Origin: Candidatus Eiseniibacteriota bacterium
GTDB lineage: Bacteria > Eisenbacteria > RBG-16-71-46 > CAZAMP01
Direction: 5' to 3'
NCBI GenBank assembly: GCA_965224245.1
Contig: OZ245046.1
Coordinates: 3,520,001 to 3,584,000 of the forward strand
Length of the DNA stretch: 64,000 bases
Shown: positions 39,782-49,958 of the stretch, in pieces
Position numbering within the stretch: the first letter of the stretch is position 1
Layout of the letters: each line of letters begins with the position of its first letter
Translations under genes and position numbers: made by a program
The notes under the pieces: model-generated
The model's input: only the letters and a program-made list of their open reading frames with translations
Told to the model about the DNA's origin: nothing
The model's database searches: none

Positions 39782-41821
39782 ATGAGCTCTGACGACACGA
39801 CCCGGTCAGGTCGCTCGGCGACGAACGCGGCGACGAACGCGGCGACGAACGCGGCACCGGACGCGGTGGCGATCGCGACGGCGGCCGTCTGCATCACGCT
39901 GGTCGCCACGGCCACCGGGGTCACGACCGCCGAGACGTTCCTGTTTCCCGAGCTACCCCCTGTCCGCCTCGGCGAGGTCGCGCCCCGGCTCCTGTCGTCG
40001 GCTCTCCGCTACGCGCCGGTGTCCGCGCTCGTGCTGGTCGCGCTCATCCTCGGGCGCCGGATCTTCGCCCGCCTCCGCCGCGGCCCGGCACGGATCGAGG
40101 CGACCGGGCTGACGTTCGCGCTGGCGGCGCCGCCGATCGTCGTCCTGTGGGTCGGACAGCGTCTCGCGACCGGCGCCGCGGCCGGCGCGCTCGTCGGGGC
40201 GGCGATCCTGGCGATCACCATCGGGTGGATCGCGTCCCGGGCCCGTCGGCCCGCGATCGCCGCCGCACACGTCGTGCTCGCCGCGACGTTCGTTCTCGCG
40301 GCCCCGCGCCTGGCGTCGACGACGCCCATTCCCGGGCGCCCGCTGGCCTCGGCCGACGGGCTGCGCGTCGTCCTCCTGGGTCTCGACGGCGCGACGTGGG
40401 CGATCATCGATCCCATGATCGCCGATGGAGAGCTGCCGACGCTGGCGGGCCTGCGCGCGCGCGGCGCGTCGGGCCCCCTCCGCTCGCTCGAGCCCACGCT
40501 GTCCAATCGCGTCTGGACCAGCGCCGCGACCGGCGTCACCCCCGATCGCCACGGCATCACCGACTTCTTCTTCGATCGGCGGCTCATCCGGGTGCCCACG
40601 ATCTGGGATCTCGTGGACGCCCGGGACGGGCGCGTGGGCATCTTCGAATACCTCGTGACCGAGCCACCGCTCGAGGTGAACGGTTTCTCGCTCCCGGGAT
40701 GGTGGGCGAACAACCCAACGGCGACCCATCCACCCGGTCTCGTGCGGCGCGTTCGCCTCGTCGCCGCGATGCACCATCCGTGGGCGGTGGCCCGCTACGC
40801 GCTCCACCGCCTGGCGCCCGATCCACGCACCGGCGAGCGCGCGCGCATGCAGTCGGTGCTGAAGGCGACCGCGTTCACGATCCTGCACCAGCGCTACCGT
40901 CCCGATCTGGCCGCCTGTATCTGGTACGGCACCGATCGACTCGGGCACAAGATGTGGCGTTACTTCGAGCCCGAGTGGTTCGCCGACGACCGCCCCAAAG
41001 GGACCGACGGCACGTCGGGAGACCGGTATCGCGACACGATCCCCGCCTACTACCGTGCCGCAGACACCGCGCTCGGCCGCGTGATCTCGGCGCTCGACGA
41101 CGGCCACACGCTCTTCATCGTGATGTCCGATCACGGCATGGGTCCGACCGAGGCCGTTCGCATCACGGGCTACTCGCGGGGCGCCCGTCTGCTGGCCGCT
41201 CTCGGGCTCGACGACGACGTCTACGTGGAGAACCCCCACGCCGAGATGTTCCTGAACTGCCGGATGGAGGGACGCACCGAGCCCTGGTCGGTGACCCCCG
41301 ACCAGCAGGCCGCGGTCGTCGAGCGCGCGGCCGAGCGGATCGCGTCCGTCACACGCGCCGATACCGGCGAGCCGCTCTTCGAGGTCGAGGTCGGTGACCT
41401 TCGCAAGGTGGATCTGAAGGTGCGGGTTCGCGACCCCGAGCGGCTCTCGGACCGGACACCGGTCCGCATCGACGGGCGAACGCTCCCCGCCGAGAGAATC
41501 ATCCAGCTCGTGGAGGTGTCGGGTACCCACCGCATCGACGGCATCCTGGCCATGCTCGGGCCCGGCGTGCGCAGAGGCGCCCGACTCGACGGGGCGGTGA
41601 TCACCGACGTCGCGCCGACGGCGCTGCGGGCGCTCGGCCTGCCGATCGCCGAGGATCTGGACGGACGGTTCCTCGAGGATGCGTTCGACGGACGCTGGCG
41701 CGCGAGCCATCTGGCGCGCACGGTCCCCACGTTCGGCACCTCCGAGGACTCCCTGATCGTGCCCGTCACGCCGAGCGAGGAGCTGATCGAGCAGCTCCGA
41801 AGCCTCGGCTACATCAACTGA
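39782..41821 (+). CDS. Membrane-anchored alkaline phosphatase superfamily protein
   Basis: About 5 N-terminal TM helices; LLGLDGATW, SLEPTLS..WTS.ATG, DRLGH, MSDHG, SGTH; C-terminal LRSLGY. Confidence 0.85.
   Translation: MSSDDTTRSGRSATNAATNAATNAAPDAVAIATAAVCITLVATATGVTTAETFLFPELPPVRLGEVAPRLLSSALRYAPVSALVLVALILGRRIFARLRRGPARIEATGLTFALAAPPIVVLWVGQRLATGAAAGALVGAAILAITIGWIASRARRPAIAAAHVVLAATFVLAAPRLASTTPIPGRPLASADGLRVVLLGLDGATWAIIDPMIADGELPTLAGLRARGASGPLRSLEPTLSNRVWTSAATGVTPDRHGITDFFFDRRLIRVPTIWDLVDARDGRVGIFEYLVTEPPLEVNGFSLPGWWANNPTATHPPGLVRRVRLVAAMHHPWAVARYALHRLAPDPRTGERARMQSVLKATAFTILHQRYRPDLAACIWYGTDRLGHKMWRYFEPEWFADDRPKGTDGTSGDRYRDTIPAYYRAADTALGRVISALDDGHTLFIVMSDHGMGPTEAVRITGYSRGARLLAALGLDDDVYVENPHAEMFLNCRMEGRTEPWSVTPDQQAAVVERAAERIASVTRADTGEPLFEVEVGDLRKVDLKVRVRDPERLSDRTPVRIDGRTLPAERIIQLVEVSGTHRIDGILAMLGPGVRRGARLDGAVITDVAPTALRALGLPIAEDLDGRFLEDAFDGRWRASHLARTVPTFGTSEDSLIVPVTPSEELIEQLRSLGYIN
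39816..39855 (+). repeat. 12-bp tandem repeat, about 3.3 copies, in frame (ATNA)
   Basis: CGGCGACGAACG x3 plus CGGC. Confidence 0.9.
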
Positions 41822-41881
41822 GCCGCCGCTGGCGCGCTCGTGGTCGGGCGCGCCCCGATGGGCGAAACCGCTTCGGCCGAT

Positions 41882-41910
41882 TTGCCAGCGCCTCCCCCAA
41901 TGCCTACAGT
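41882..41910 (+). promoter_or_regulatory. Candidate sigma70 promoter for hflKC
   Basis: TTGCCA-N17-TACAGT. Confidence 0.6.
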
Positions 41911-41965
41911 GACGGGTTCACGACACGTCGGCCAGGAGGCCGACTTCACGAACCAAGGAGTTGGG

Positions 41966-42985
41966 ATGGCCAGAGGAGACTTTGGCGAGTTCGGAGAATT
42001 CCGGGAGATCAAGCTCCCGGAGAACTCCGCGCGGCTCGTCCGCATGGTCCTCCTGGTGATGATCGTGCTCGGCGCCGTGCTGTCGTCGTTCTACACCGTC
42101 GGACCGGAGGAGATCGGCGTCGTGACGCGCTTCGGCGCGTACCAGCGGGTGACCGACCCCGGCCTGAACTTCAGACTCCCCTTCGGGATCGAACGCGTGG
42201 CGAAGGTCGAGGTCGAGCGCCAGCAGAAGGCGGAGTTCGGCTTCGCCACCGAGCGCATCGTGGGCAGCCGCGCGCGGTACTCCGATCGCGACTTCGCGGA
42301 CGAATCGCTGATGCTCACCGGCGACCTCAACGCCGCGTCGGTCGAGTGGGTCGTGCAGTACCGCATCCTCGACCCGTACGCGTGGCTCTTCAAGGTGCGC
42401 GGCGTCCGCGAGACGTTCCGCGACATGACCGAGGCCGTGATGCGGCGCGTCGTCGGAGACCGCACCGTCAACGAGGTGCTGACCATCGGACGCCAGGAGC
42501 TGGCGAGCACGGTCGAGCAGGAGCTGCAGGAGCTGTGCGACCAGTACGAGACCGGGATCCGCGTGGAGCAGGTCGTGCTCCAGGACGTGAACCCGCCCGA
42601 GGAGGTGAAGCCGTCGTTCAACGAGGTCAACGAGGCCCAGCAGGAGCGCGAGCGGCTCATCAACCAGGCGCTGGGCGAGTACAACCGCATCATCCCCAAA
42701 GCGCGCGGTGACGCGCTGAAGACGATCCAGGAGGCCGAGGGCTACTACCTGGAGCGCGTGAACGAGGCGCGCGGCGACTCCGCCCGCTTCGTGGCGCTCT
42801 TCGAGGCCTACCGGGCCGCCCCTGCGGTCACGCGCAAGCGGCTCTTCCTGGAGACGATGACCGACGTGCTGGAGAGCGTCGATCGCAAGGTCATCCTGGA
42901 CGACGGCGTCGAAGGCGTGCTGCCGCTGATGAACCTGGACAAGCTCGGTACGCTGGATCGCACCGCCAAGGAGGCCGACCGATGA
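41966..42985 (+). CDS. hflK: FtsH modulator HflK
   Basis: SPFH domain; MLTGDLN, LQDVNPPEEVK, IPKARG, VTRKRLFLETM; AAGGAG RBS. Confidence 0.95.
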   Translation: MARGDFGEFGEFREIKLPENSARLVRMVLLVMIVLGAVLSSFYTVGPEEIGVVTRFGAYQRVTDPGLNFRLPFGIERVAKVEVERQQKAEFGFATERIVGSRARYSDRDFADESLMLTGDLNAASVEWVVQYRILDPYAWLFKVRGVRETFRDMTEAVMRRVVGDRTVNEVLTIGRQELASTVEQELQELCDQYETGIRVEQVVLQDVNPPEEVKPSFNEVNEAQQERERLINQALGEYNRIIPKARGDALKTIQEAEGYYLERVNEARGDSARFVALFEAYRAAPAVTRKRLFLETMTDVLESVDRKVILDDGVEGVLPLMNLDKLGTLDRTAKEADR

Positions 42986-43929
42986 ACGCCCGAACCGGAG
43001 TCCTGATCGCGCTGGCGTTCATCGCGTTCATCACGCTTCGCGGCTCGGTCTTCGTCGTACAGGAAACCGAGCAGATCATGCTCACGCAGTTCCGCAAGCC
43101 CGTGGACCGGCAGATCAACACGCCCGGGCTCAAGTTCAAGGTGCCGTTCATCCAGGAGGTCCATCGCTTCGAGAAGCGCTACCTGGCCTGGGACGGCGAC
43201 CGCAACCAGCTCCCCACGCGCGACAAGCGCTTCATCTTCGTCGACGCGTACGCGCGCTGGCACATCACCGATCCGCTCCTGTACTTCCAGCGGCTCCGCG
43301 ACGAGCGCGGCGCGCAGACGCGGCTGGCCGACATCCTGGACGGAGAGACGCGAAACGCGATCGCCAACCACGACCTGATCGAGGTCATCCGCACGTCGAA
43401 CCGCGAGGCGCTTCCCGATCTCACCGAGGAGGGCGAAGGCCTGCTCGTGCTGGATCCGATCTCCGTGGGGCGGGACAAGATCCGACAGGAGATCCTGGCC
43501 AAGGCGCAGGAGCGCACCGAGGATCTCGGCATCGAGATCCTCGACTTCCAGTTCAAGCGGATCAACTACGTCCCCGAGGTGCGCCGCAAGGTGTACGAGC
43601 GCATGATCACCGAGCGCAAGCGCATCGCCGATCGGTTCCGCTCCGAGGGCCAGGGCGAGGCCTCGCGCATCCAGGGCGACAAGGACCGCGACCTGAAGCA
43701 GATCCGGTCCGACGCGTACCGGCAGGCCCAGGAGATCGTCGGGCGCGCGGACTCCGAGGCCACGCGCATCTACGCGGCCGCGTACGATCAGTCACCGCAG
43801 GCGAGGGAGTTCTACTCGTTCCTGAAGACGATGGAGTCCTACAGCCGGGCCATCGACCCGGGGACGACACTGCTGATGTCCACCGACGGTGAGTTCTTTC
43901 GGTACCTGAAGGACTCGGAGGCCGAATAG
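42982..43929 (+). CDS. hflC: FtsH modulator HflC
   Basis: PGLKFKVPFIQ, TRDKRFIFVD, RMITER, FRSEG, EFYSFLKTMESY. Confidence 0.95.
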   Translation: MNARTGVLIALAFIAFITLRGSVFVVQETEQIMLTQFRKPVDRQINTPGLKFKVPFIQEVHRFEKRYLAWDGDRNQLPTRDKRFIFVDAYARWHITDPLLYFQRLRDERGAQTRLADILDGETRNAIANHDLIEVIRTSNREALPDLTEEGEGLLVLDPISVGRDKIRQEILAKAQERTEDLGIEILDFQFKRINYVPEVRRKVYERMITERKRIADRFRSEGQGEASRIQGDKDRDLKQIRSDAYRQAQEIVGRADSEATRIYAAAYDQSPQAREFYSFLKTMESYSRAIDPGTTLLMSTDGEFFRYLKDSEAE

Positions 43930-43940
43930 CGAGGACTGTC

Positions 43941-44732
43941 ATGGATCTCGGCATCGAGGGACGTCGCGCGCTCGTGGCGGCCGCCAGCTCGGGGCTGGGG
44001 CTGGCCTCGGCCGAGGCGCTGGCCGCCGAGGGCGCCGCCGTCGTCCTGCTCGCGCGTGACCCGGGTCGGCTGGCCGCCGCCGCCGATCGCATCGCGGAGG
44101 CCGCCGGTCGCCGGCCCGAGACGCACTCGGTCGACGTGGCGAACGGCGACGCTCTCGGGGCCGCGATCGCGGCCGTCGAGGCCGGCGGCCCCGTCGACAT
44201 CCTGGTCACGAACTCCGGGGGTCCCCCGGCGAAGCTCTTCCTGGAGACCACGCCCGAGGACTGGCAGCAGGCGGTCGACCTGATGTTGATGAGCACCGTG
44301 CGACTCGTCCACGGGGTGCTTCCCGGCATGCTCGCGCGCGGCTGGGGTCGCATCGTCTGCATCACGTCGGTGGCGGCCAAGGAGCCCGTGGAGAACCTGG
44401 TCCTGTCCAACGCGATCCGCGCCGGGGTGACCGGGCTGGCCAAAAGCCTCAGCCGCGAGGTCGGTGCGAACGGCGTGCTCGTGAACACGATCGCGCCCGG
44501 ATTCCACGACACCCCGGCGCTGGACCGCCTGGTCGCCAAGCTCGTCGAGCAGGGCGCGGTACCCGACGCCGAGGCCGCCTACGAGGGCTGGCGTCGGGCC
44601 GTTCCGGTGGGCCGCATCGGCGACACGGCGGCGTTCGGACGCATGGTGGCGTTCCTGGCCTCCGACGCGTGCGACTATCTGACCGGCACCAATCTGCCGG
44701 TCGACGGCGGACGCACCCGCGCGACCTTCTGA
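43941..44732 (+). CDS. SDR family oxidoreductase
   Basis: AASSGLG, LVTNSGGPP, SNAIR, YLTGTNLPVDGG. Confidence 0.93.
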   Translation: MDLGIEGRRALVAAASSGLGLASAEALAAEGAAVVLLARDPGRLAAAADRIAEAAGRRPETHSVDVANGDALGAAIAAVEAGGPVDILVTNSGGPPAKLFLETTPEDWQQAVDLMLMSTVRLVHGVLPGMLARGWGRIVCITSVAAKEPVENLVLSNAIRAGVTGLAKSLSREVGANGVLVNTIAPGFHDTPALDRLVAKLVEQGAVPDAEAAYEGWRRAVPVGRIGDTAAFGRMVAFLASDACDYLTGTNLPVDGGRTRATF

Positions 44733-44763
44733 CCCGAGGGTGCCCGACGAGAGGAGATTCTCG

Positions 44764-45048
44764 ATGTGCCGGAACATCCGCCCGCTGTTCAACTTCGATC
44801 CCCCGGCCACCGACGAGGAGATCCGGGCCGCGTCGCTGCAGTACGTGCGCAAGGTGAGCGGCTCCACGAAGCCGTCGCAGGCCAACGCGGCCGCCTTCGA
44901 TCGCGCGGTGACCGACGTGGCGCGGGCCACGTCCCGGCTGCTCGACTCGCTCGTGACGTCCGCCCCGTCGAAGAACCGGGACGAAGAGGCCGCCAAGGCG
45001 CGCGCCCGGGCGGCCAAGCGCTTTCCGGAGCGGTCGACGACCCGTTGA
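44764..45048 (+). CDS. DUF2277 family protein
   Basis: MCRNIRPLFNFDPPATDEEIRAASLQYVRKVSG. Confidence 0.88.
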   Translation: MCRNIRPLFNFDPPATDEEIRAASLQYVRKVSGSTKPSQANAAAFDRAVTDVARATSRLLDSLVTSAPSKNRDEEAAKARARAAKRFPERSTTR

Positions 45049-45062
45049 CCGCCGGCCCCACG

Positions 45063-45617
45063 TCACCTCTCGCGCGGCGTCCAGGGCTGATCGGCGATCC
45101 CCGCGCGGCGATTCGCGAGACGCGCCGCCATGAAGAGGTAGTCGGAGAGGCGGTTCAGATAGCGGAGCGCCGACTCGTGCGTATCGTCGGCACGGACGAG
45201 CACGAGCACCCGCCGCTCGGCCCGCCGGATGACCGCACGCGCATGCTGGAGCGCGGCCGCGGCCACACCGCCCCCGGGCAGGATGAACGTCTTCAACGGC
45301 GGCAGCTCGGCGTCGGCCTCGTCGATCCACGTCTCGAGGAGCGAAATGTCCGCCTCGTCCACACGATCCCGAATCGAATCGGGTCGCCGATCGCCCGGCG
45401 TGGCCAGCGCGGCGCCGAGCTCGAACAGCCGTCGCTGAATCTCGATCAGCCGCTCCCCGAGCTCGGGATCGCCGAGGGCGGCGATGGCGCTGCCGATCAC
45501 GGCGTTCGCCTCGTCGACGGTGCCGTACGCCTCGACGCGGGCGTGGTCCTTCGGCACGCGCTGCCCGCCGAAGAGCCCCGTCTCGCCCCCGTCCCCGGTT
45601 CTGGTGTAGATCTTCAT
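45063..45617 (-). CDS. pduO: PduO-type cob(I)alamin adenosyltransferase
   Basis: KIYTRTGDGGET, YGTVDE, FILPGG, RRAER, YLNRLSDYLF. Confidence 0.93.
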   Translation of the reverse strand: MKIYTRTGDGGETGLFGGQRVPKDHARVEAYGTVDEANAVIGSAIAALGDPELGERLIEIQRRLFELGAALATPGDRRPDSIRDRVDEADISLLETWIDEADAELPPLKTFILPGGGVAAAALQHARAVIRRAERRVLVLVRADDTHESALRYLNRLSDYLFMAARLANRRAGIADQPWTPRER

Positions 45618-45635
45618 GCTCCCTCCGCGCCGGTG

Positions 45636-45664
45636 AGGGTACCGACGACCGGCCACGCTGGCAA
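45636..45664 (-). promoter_or_regulatory. Candidate sigma70 promoter for pduO
   Basis: Minus strand TTGCCA-N17-TACCCT just upstream of the GGAGGGAG RBS. Confidence 0.5.
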
Positions 45665-45940
45665 ACCTCGGGCAGGCGGCACCCGTACGCGGAGCTCGAG
45701 CGGCCGGCCCCGATCCAGCGACGACGCGTCTCCCCGGGTGAGACGTTCGCAACCACCGCCGTCGCCCACGAGGCGATTCTCCGAACGGTCGGTCGCGAGC
45801 CGCCGCGGACGTCGTGGGCCGGCCCCTCCGCACGGTCGAACTCCGTTGGCCGTTCTGTCGCGCGTGGCTGGCGCGTGAGCTCGGTGCGCGATAGACTCGC
45901 CCGTTCCCATTGCACGGCGCACCTCCACCAGGAGATCCCG

Positions 45941-47470
45941 ATGAAGTGCAAACCGCGAGCCGGCCGCGCGAGTGCGCTCGGTATCGCTCTTTGGATCGCG
46001 AGCGGCATCGTCGGCCCCACGTCGGCGGGGCTCGCCGATCTCGAGTCACAGGTCGTCGAGTTCACGCTGGACAACGGCCTCAGGTTCATCGTCCTCGAGC
46101 GTCCCACCGCGCCCGTCTTCTCGTTCTGCACCCAGATCGACGCGGGCGGGGTCGACGAGGTCCCCGGCGTGACCGGCGTCGCCCACATGTTCGAGCACAT
46201 GGCGTTCAAGGGGACGCGCACGATCGGGACCACCGACTTCGCATCGGAGGTCGAGGCCCTGGCCAGGGTCGACGCCGACTTCGACGCCTGGCTCGACGAG
46301 CGCCGCAAGGGTCCCGATGCCGACGCCGAGCAACTGGCGGAGCTGCGGGCCACGCTCGACGCGTCGATCGCGACCGCCCAGACGTTCGTGAAGACCAACG
46401 AGTTCACCGAGATCCTGGAGCGAAACGGCGTGTCCGGCCTGAACGCCCAGACCGCGCTCGACTGGACCCGCTATTTCTACAGCCTCCCCGCCAACCGGCT
46501 CGAGCTGTGGGCCAGGCTGGAGGGCGATCGACTCTCTCGCCCGGTGCTGCGAGAGTTCAACGTCGAGCGCAACGTCGTCATCGAAGAGCGGCGGACGCGC
46601 TTCGAGTCCAGCCCCCAGGGCCGGCTCATGGGGGCGTTGTTCGGGCTGACGTTCCCGGCTCATCCGTACGGCGACGGCGTCATCGGGCATCGATCCGACC
46701 TGGAGACGTTCTCGCGAGACGACGCCCGGCGGTTCTGGGAGCGCTACTACGTGGCGTCCAACATGTGCGTCGTCGTCGTGGGCGGGATCACCGTCGACGA
46801 CGTGAAGCAGATGGCCCGGACGTACTTCTCGGACGTGCCGGCGGGGCCGCGCCCGTCCCCGGTCGACACGATCGAGCCCGAACAGACCGCCGAGCGTCGC
46901 ATCACGATGATCGACGACGCTCAGCCGACGGTCATGCTGAACTACCCGATTCCGGCCAACACCGACCCCGACTACACCGCCTACGAACTCCTCGGGGGCA
47001 TTCTCGGAGGCGGACGCACGAGCCGGCTCTACACCGCGCTCGTGAAGGAGCAGGGGCTCTGCGCCCAGATCTTCGCCACCGCGGGCTTCCCGGGCGAGCG
47101 GTACGCCAACGCGCTTCTGGTGTACGCGATCGTGTCCGCCGGTAAGGACCCCTACGACGTGGAGCACGAGATCTACCGGCTCCTCGAGGAGGACATCGCC
47201 GAGAACCCGATCACCGAGGCCGAGCTGGACCGCATGCTTACCGAGGTGAAGGCGTCGCAGATCCGCGGCTCCCGGACGAATCTGGGCCTCGCGCAGAACC
47301 TCGCGATGATGCAGAGCCTCGTCGGCGACTGGCGCGAGTTCTTCCACATCGAGGAGCGTCTCGACGCCGTGAGCGTCGACGACCTGAACCGGGTCGCCCG
47401 CAAGACGTTCACCCGGGCGCAACGCAACGTCGCCATGCTCGTCAACTCCAGTGACGAAGGAGGCGAGTGA
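45941..47470 (+). CDS. M16 family zinc peptidase, catalytic subunit
   Basis: Signal peptide; LDNGL, GVAHMFEHMAFKG (HxxEH), ERNVVIEE, HPY. Confidence 0.93.
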   Translation: MKCKPRAGRASALGIALWIASGIVGPTSAGLADLESQVVEFTLDNGLRFIVLERPTAPVFSFCTQIDAGGVDEVPGVTGVAHMFEHMAFKGTRTIGTTDFASEVEALARVDADFDAWLDERRKGPDADAEQLAELRATLDASIATAQTFVKTNEFTEILERNGVSGLNAQTALDWTRYFYSLPANRLELWARLEGDRLSRPVLREFNVERNVVIEERRTRFESSPQGRLMGALFGLTFPAHPYGDGVIGHRSDLETFSRDDARRFWERYYVASNMCVVVVGGITVDDVKQMARTYFSDVPAGPRPSPVDTIEPEQTAERRITMIDDAQPTVMLNYPIPANTDPDYTAYELLGGILGGGRTSRLYTALVKEQGLCAQIFATAGFPGERYANALLVYAIVSAGKDPYDVEHEIYRLLEEDIAENPITEAELDRMLTEVKASQIRGSRTNLGLAQNLAMMQSLVGDWREFFHIEERLDAVSVDDLNRVARKTFTRAQRNVAMLVNSSDEGGE

Positions 47471-47471
47471 C

Positions 47472-49658
47472 ATGATCAGCCACGTCGATCAACGAGTCGT
47501 CATGGGCGTCGCCACCGCCGGCGCCCTCGTGCTCGGATGCGCCGGAGGCCATCCTTCCGGCGCCCGGGACGTCGCCTCGCTCACGGCCGGGACCGACCTC
47601 GTCGACCCACTGTCGATACCGATCCCACCGCTGGCCGACATCGACGTACCGGAGCCCCGGCGCTTCGAGCTCGACAACGGAATGATCGTGTTCCTGCTCG
47701 AGGATCGCGAGTTCCCGATGATCGAGGTGCGCCTGTTGACCGCGGGCGGCAGCGCGTGGGACCCCCGGCCGATCGTCGGTCTGGCCGAGATGACCGCGGA
47801 GGTCATGCGCACCGGCGGCACCGAGCGCTTTCCCGGCGACGAGCTGGATCTCGCGCTCGAGAACACGGGCACCACGTTGAACGTCTCGGCCGGCGAGCGC
47901 ACGTTCGTCACCAGCCTCTCGACGCTCACCGAGAACCTGGACGGTGGCCTCGACATGCTCTCGGACGTCGTGCGGCACCCGAGCTTCCCGGACGAGAAGA
48001 TCGAGCTGGCCAAGTCGCAGGAACGGACCGCCATCGCCTCGCGCAACGACGAGGCCCTCGACATCGCGTTTCGCGAGCTCGCCACCGTGGTCTACGGCTC
48101 GGACAGCCCCTACGGCTGGCACACCGAGTACGCGACCATCGCCGCGATCGACGCGGGCGCCATGGCGATGATGCACGAGACGTTCTTTCATCCCAACACG
48201 ACGATGCTGGTCGCCTGGGGCGACTTCCAGTCCGACGAGATGCTGGGGCGGATCCGCGAGACGTTCGGCGACTGGGCGCGCTCGGACATCGAGGTCCCCG
48301 ATCCCCCGGCCGTGCCCACCGATGCGCCGGCGGGTCTCTTCCACGCCGAGAAGCCCGACGTCACCAACTCGGTCATCCTGATCGGAGACATCGGCATCCG
48401 GCGCGACGACCCGGACTACGCCGCGGCGATGGTCCTTCAGGAGGCCCTCGGAGGCGGGTTCAGCTCCCGCATCTTCGGCGAGATCCGCACGCGGCGCGGC
48501 CTCGCGTACAGCGCGGGCAGCGCGGTCCAGGCGCCGCTGTCCCGCCCCGGGATCGTGGCCGGCTACGTCATGACGCAGGTCGACTCGACCGTCACCACGC
48601 TGCGGCTCCTGGTCCACGAGTTCGAGCGCATCCGCGACGCACCCATCACCGGCGACGAGCTCGACCGCGCGAAGGACGCGCTCCTGAACGCGTTCGTGTT
48701 TCAGTTCGAGTCGCGGGGCGAGCTGGCGCTCCGGAGGGCGCGCTTCGAGTTCTTCGGCTATCCGCCGGACTTCCTCGCCGGCTACCAGGACGCAGTCGCG
48801 GCGGTCACCGCGGCCGACGTGCAGCGTGTGGCGCAGCGCCTCTTGCGTCCCGAGAGCTGGAAAATCCTCGTGGTGGGTCCCGGGGAGGATTTCGCCGAGC
48901 CCCTGAGCGCGTTCGCTCCGGTGACGCCGGTGGACATCACGATCCCGCCGCCGCCGGCCACGGCGTCGATCCCCACGCCCACGTCCGCGAGCCGAGCCGC
49001 CGGGCGGGCGCTCCTGGACGCGGTCATCGAGGCCTACGGCGGATCGGCCAGGATCGACGGGATCCGTGACGTGACGCAGGTCTCGAGCGGCGTGGCCAGG
49101 GTTCAGGGAATGGAGCTCCAGATCGGGCTGAAGTCGGTGCTGGATCTGGCCGGCCGGCGGCTCTACAACGAGCAGAGCGTCATGGGCCAGGTCAGCAAGC
49201 AGATCGTGGTGGGCGACGAGGGCTGGATGGTCAGCCCGATGGGAAGCCAGGACCTGCCCGCCGAGGACGCCGCGAGCCAGTGGACGGACGAGCTCGCGGA
49301 CGGCAGCGTGTATCTCTTCCAGCACGCCGAGGAGGTCGACGTCCAGGCCCTCGATCCCGCCGACGTGGACGGCGCGACGTGTGACGTCCTGCACGTCGTC
49401 AGCACCGGTGAGGACCTCGTGCGGTTCTACATCCACCCCGAGACGCGCCGGATCGTCCACATCGTCCAGCAGGGCAAGGACCCGATGACCCAGGCGCCGG
49501 CCGAGCTGAGCGTCGACGTCGTCGACTGGACGGTCGTGGACGGCGTCGTCTTCCCCACCGAGACGAACATGTTCGTGAACGGCGAGCCGTTCTTCTCGAT
49601 GACCACGAGCGAGATCGACGTCAACGCCGGCGTCGACGACGCGCTGTTCGCACGATGA
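47472..49658 (+). CDS. M16 family partner subunit (no HxxEH), lipoprotein with extra C-terminal domain
   Basis: Lipobox VLGC; LDNGM; SSRIFGEIRTRRGLAY; about 230 extra residues after a Pro-rich linker. Confidence 0.88.
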   Translation: MISHVDQRVVMGVATAGALVLGCAGGHPSGARDVASLTAGTDLVDPLSIPIPPLADIDVPEPRRFELDNGMIVFLLEDREFPMIEVRLLTAGGSAWDPRPIVGLAEMTAEVMRTGGTERFPGDELDLALENTGTTLNVSAGERTFVTSLSTLTENLDGGLDMLSDVVRHPSFPDEKIELAKSQERTAIASRNDEALDIAFRELATVVYGSDSPYGWHTEYATIAAIDAGAMAMMHETFFHPNTTMLVAWGDFQSDEMLGRIRETFGDWARSDIEVPDPPAVPTDAPAGLFHAEKPDVTNSVILIGDIGIRRDDPDYAAAMVLQEALGGGFSSRIFGEIRTRRGLAYSAGSAVQAPLSRPGIVAGYVMTQVDSTVTTLRLLVHEFERIRDAPITGDELDRAKDALLNAFVFQFESRGELALRRARFEFFGYPPDFLAGYQDAVAAVTAADVQRVAQRLLRPESWKILVVGPGEDFAEPLSAFAPVTPVDITIPPPPATASIPTPTSASRAAGRALLDAVIEAYGGSARIDGIRDVTQVSSGVARVQGMELQIGLKSVLDLAGRRLYNEQSVMGQVSKQIVVGDEGWMVSPMGSQDLPAEDAASQWTDELADGSVYLFQHAEEVDVQALDPADVDGATCDVLHVVSTGEDLVRFYIHPETRRIVHIVQQGKDPMTQAPAELSVDVVDWTVVDGVVFPTETNMFVNGEPFFSMTTSEIDVNAGVDDALFAR

Positions 49659-49663
49659 CGGGG

Positions 49664-49694
49664 CGGGGCACCGGGGCCGCGGCCCGGTGCCCCG
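49664..49694 (+). terminator. GC hairpin after the M16 pair
   Basis: 12-bp stem CGGGGCACCGGG/CCCGGTGCCCCG; no U-tract. Confidence 0.5.
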
Positions 49695-49958
49695 ACCCGG
49701 TGTCCACCCGCCGTGACCCCATCCGGCGCCGGCCTGGGCGCCCGGCCTCCGCCGTCTCGGTCGCCGCCGGCCACCGTTCCGGTTTCCGACTCCGTCGGTG
49801 TGTGGTAGCCTCGTTCGCTTTGGTCGGAACGGGGCCACCGGAGGCACACGATCGGCGACGGCCGTGTGGGCGATCATCTTCAGGTTTGGGCTCGGACCGG
49901 CGCCGCGCGCCCCAAGACCGCCGACGCTCGTCCGACGCGCCCGGAAAGCGATGTCGCG

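Noticed and set aside
45618-45940. Cobalamin riboswitch upstream of pduO
   Set aside because: No B12-box, and the candidate promoter leaves only about 12 nt of leader.
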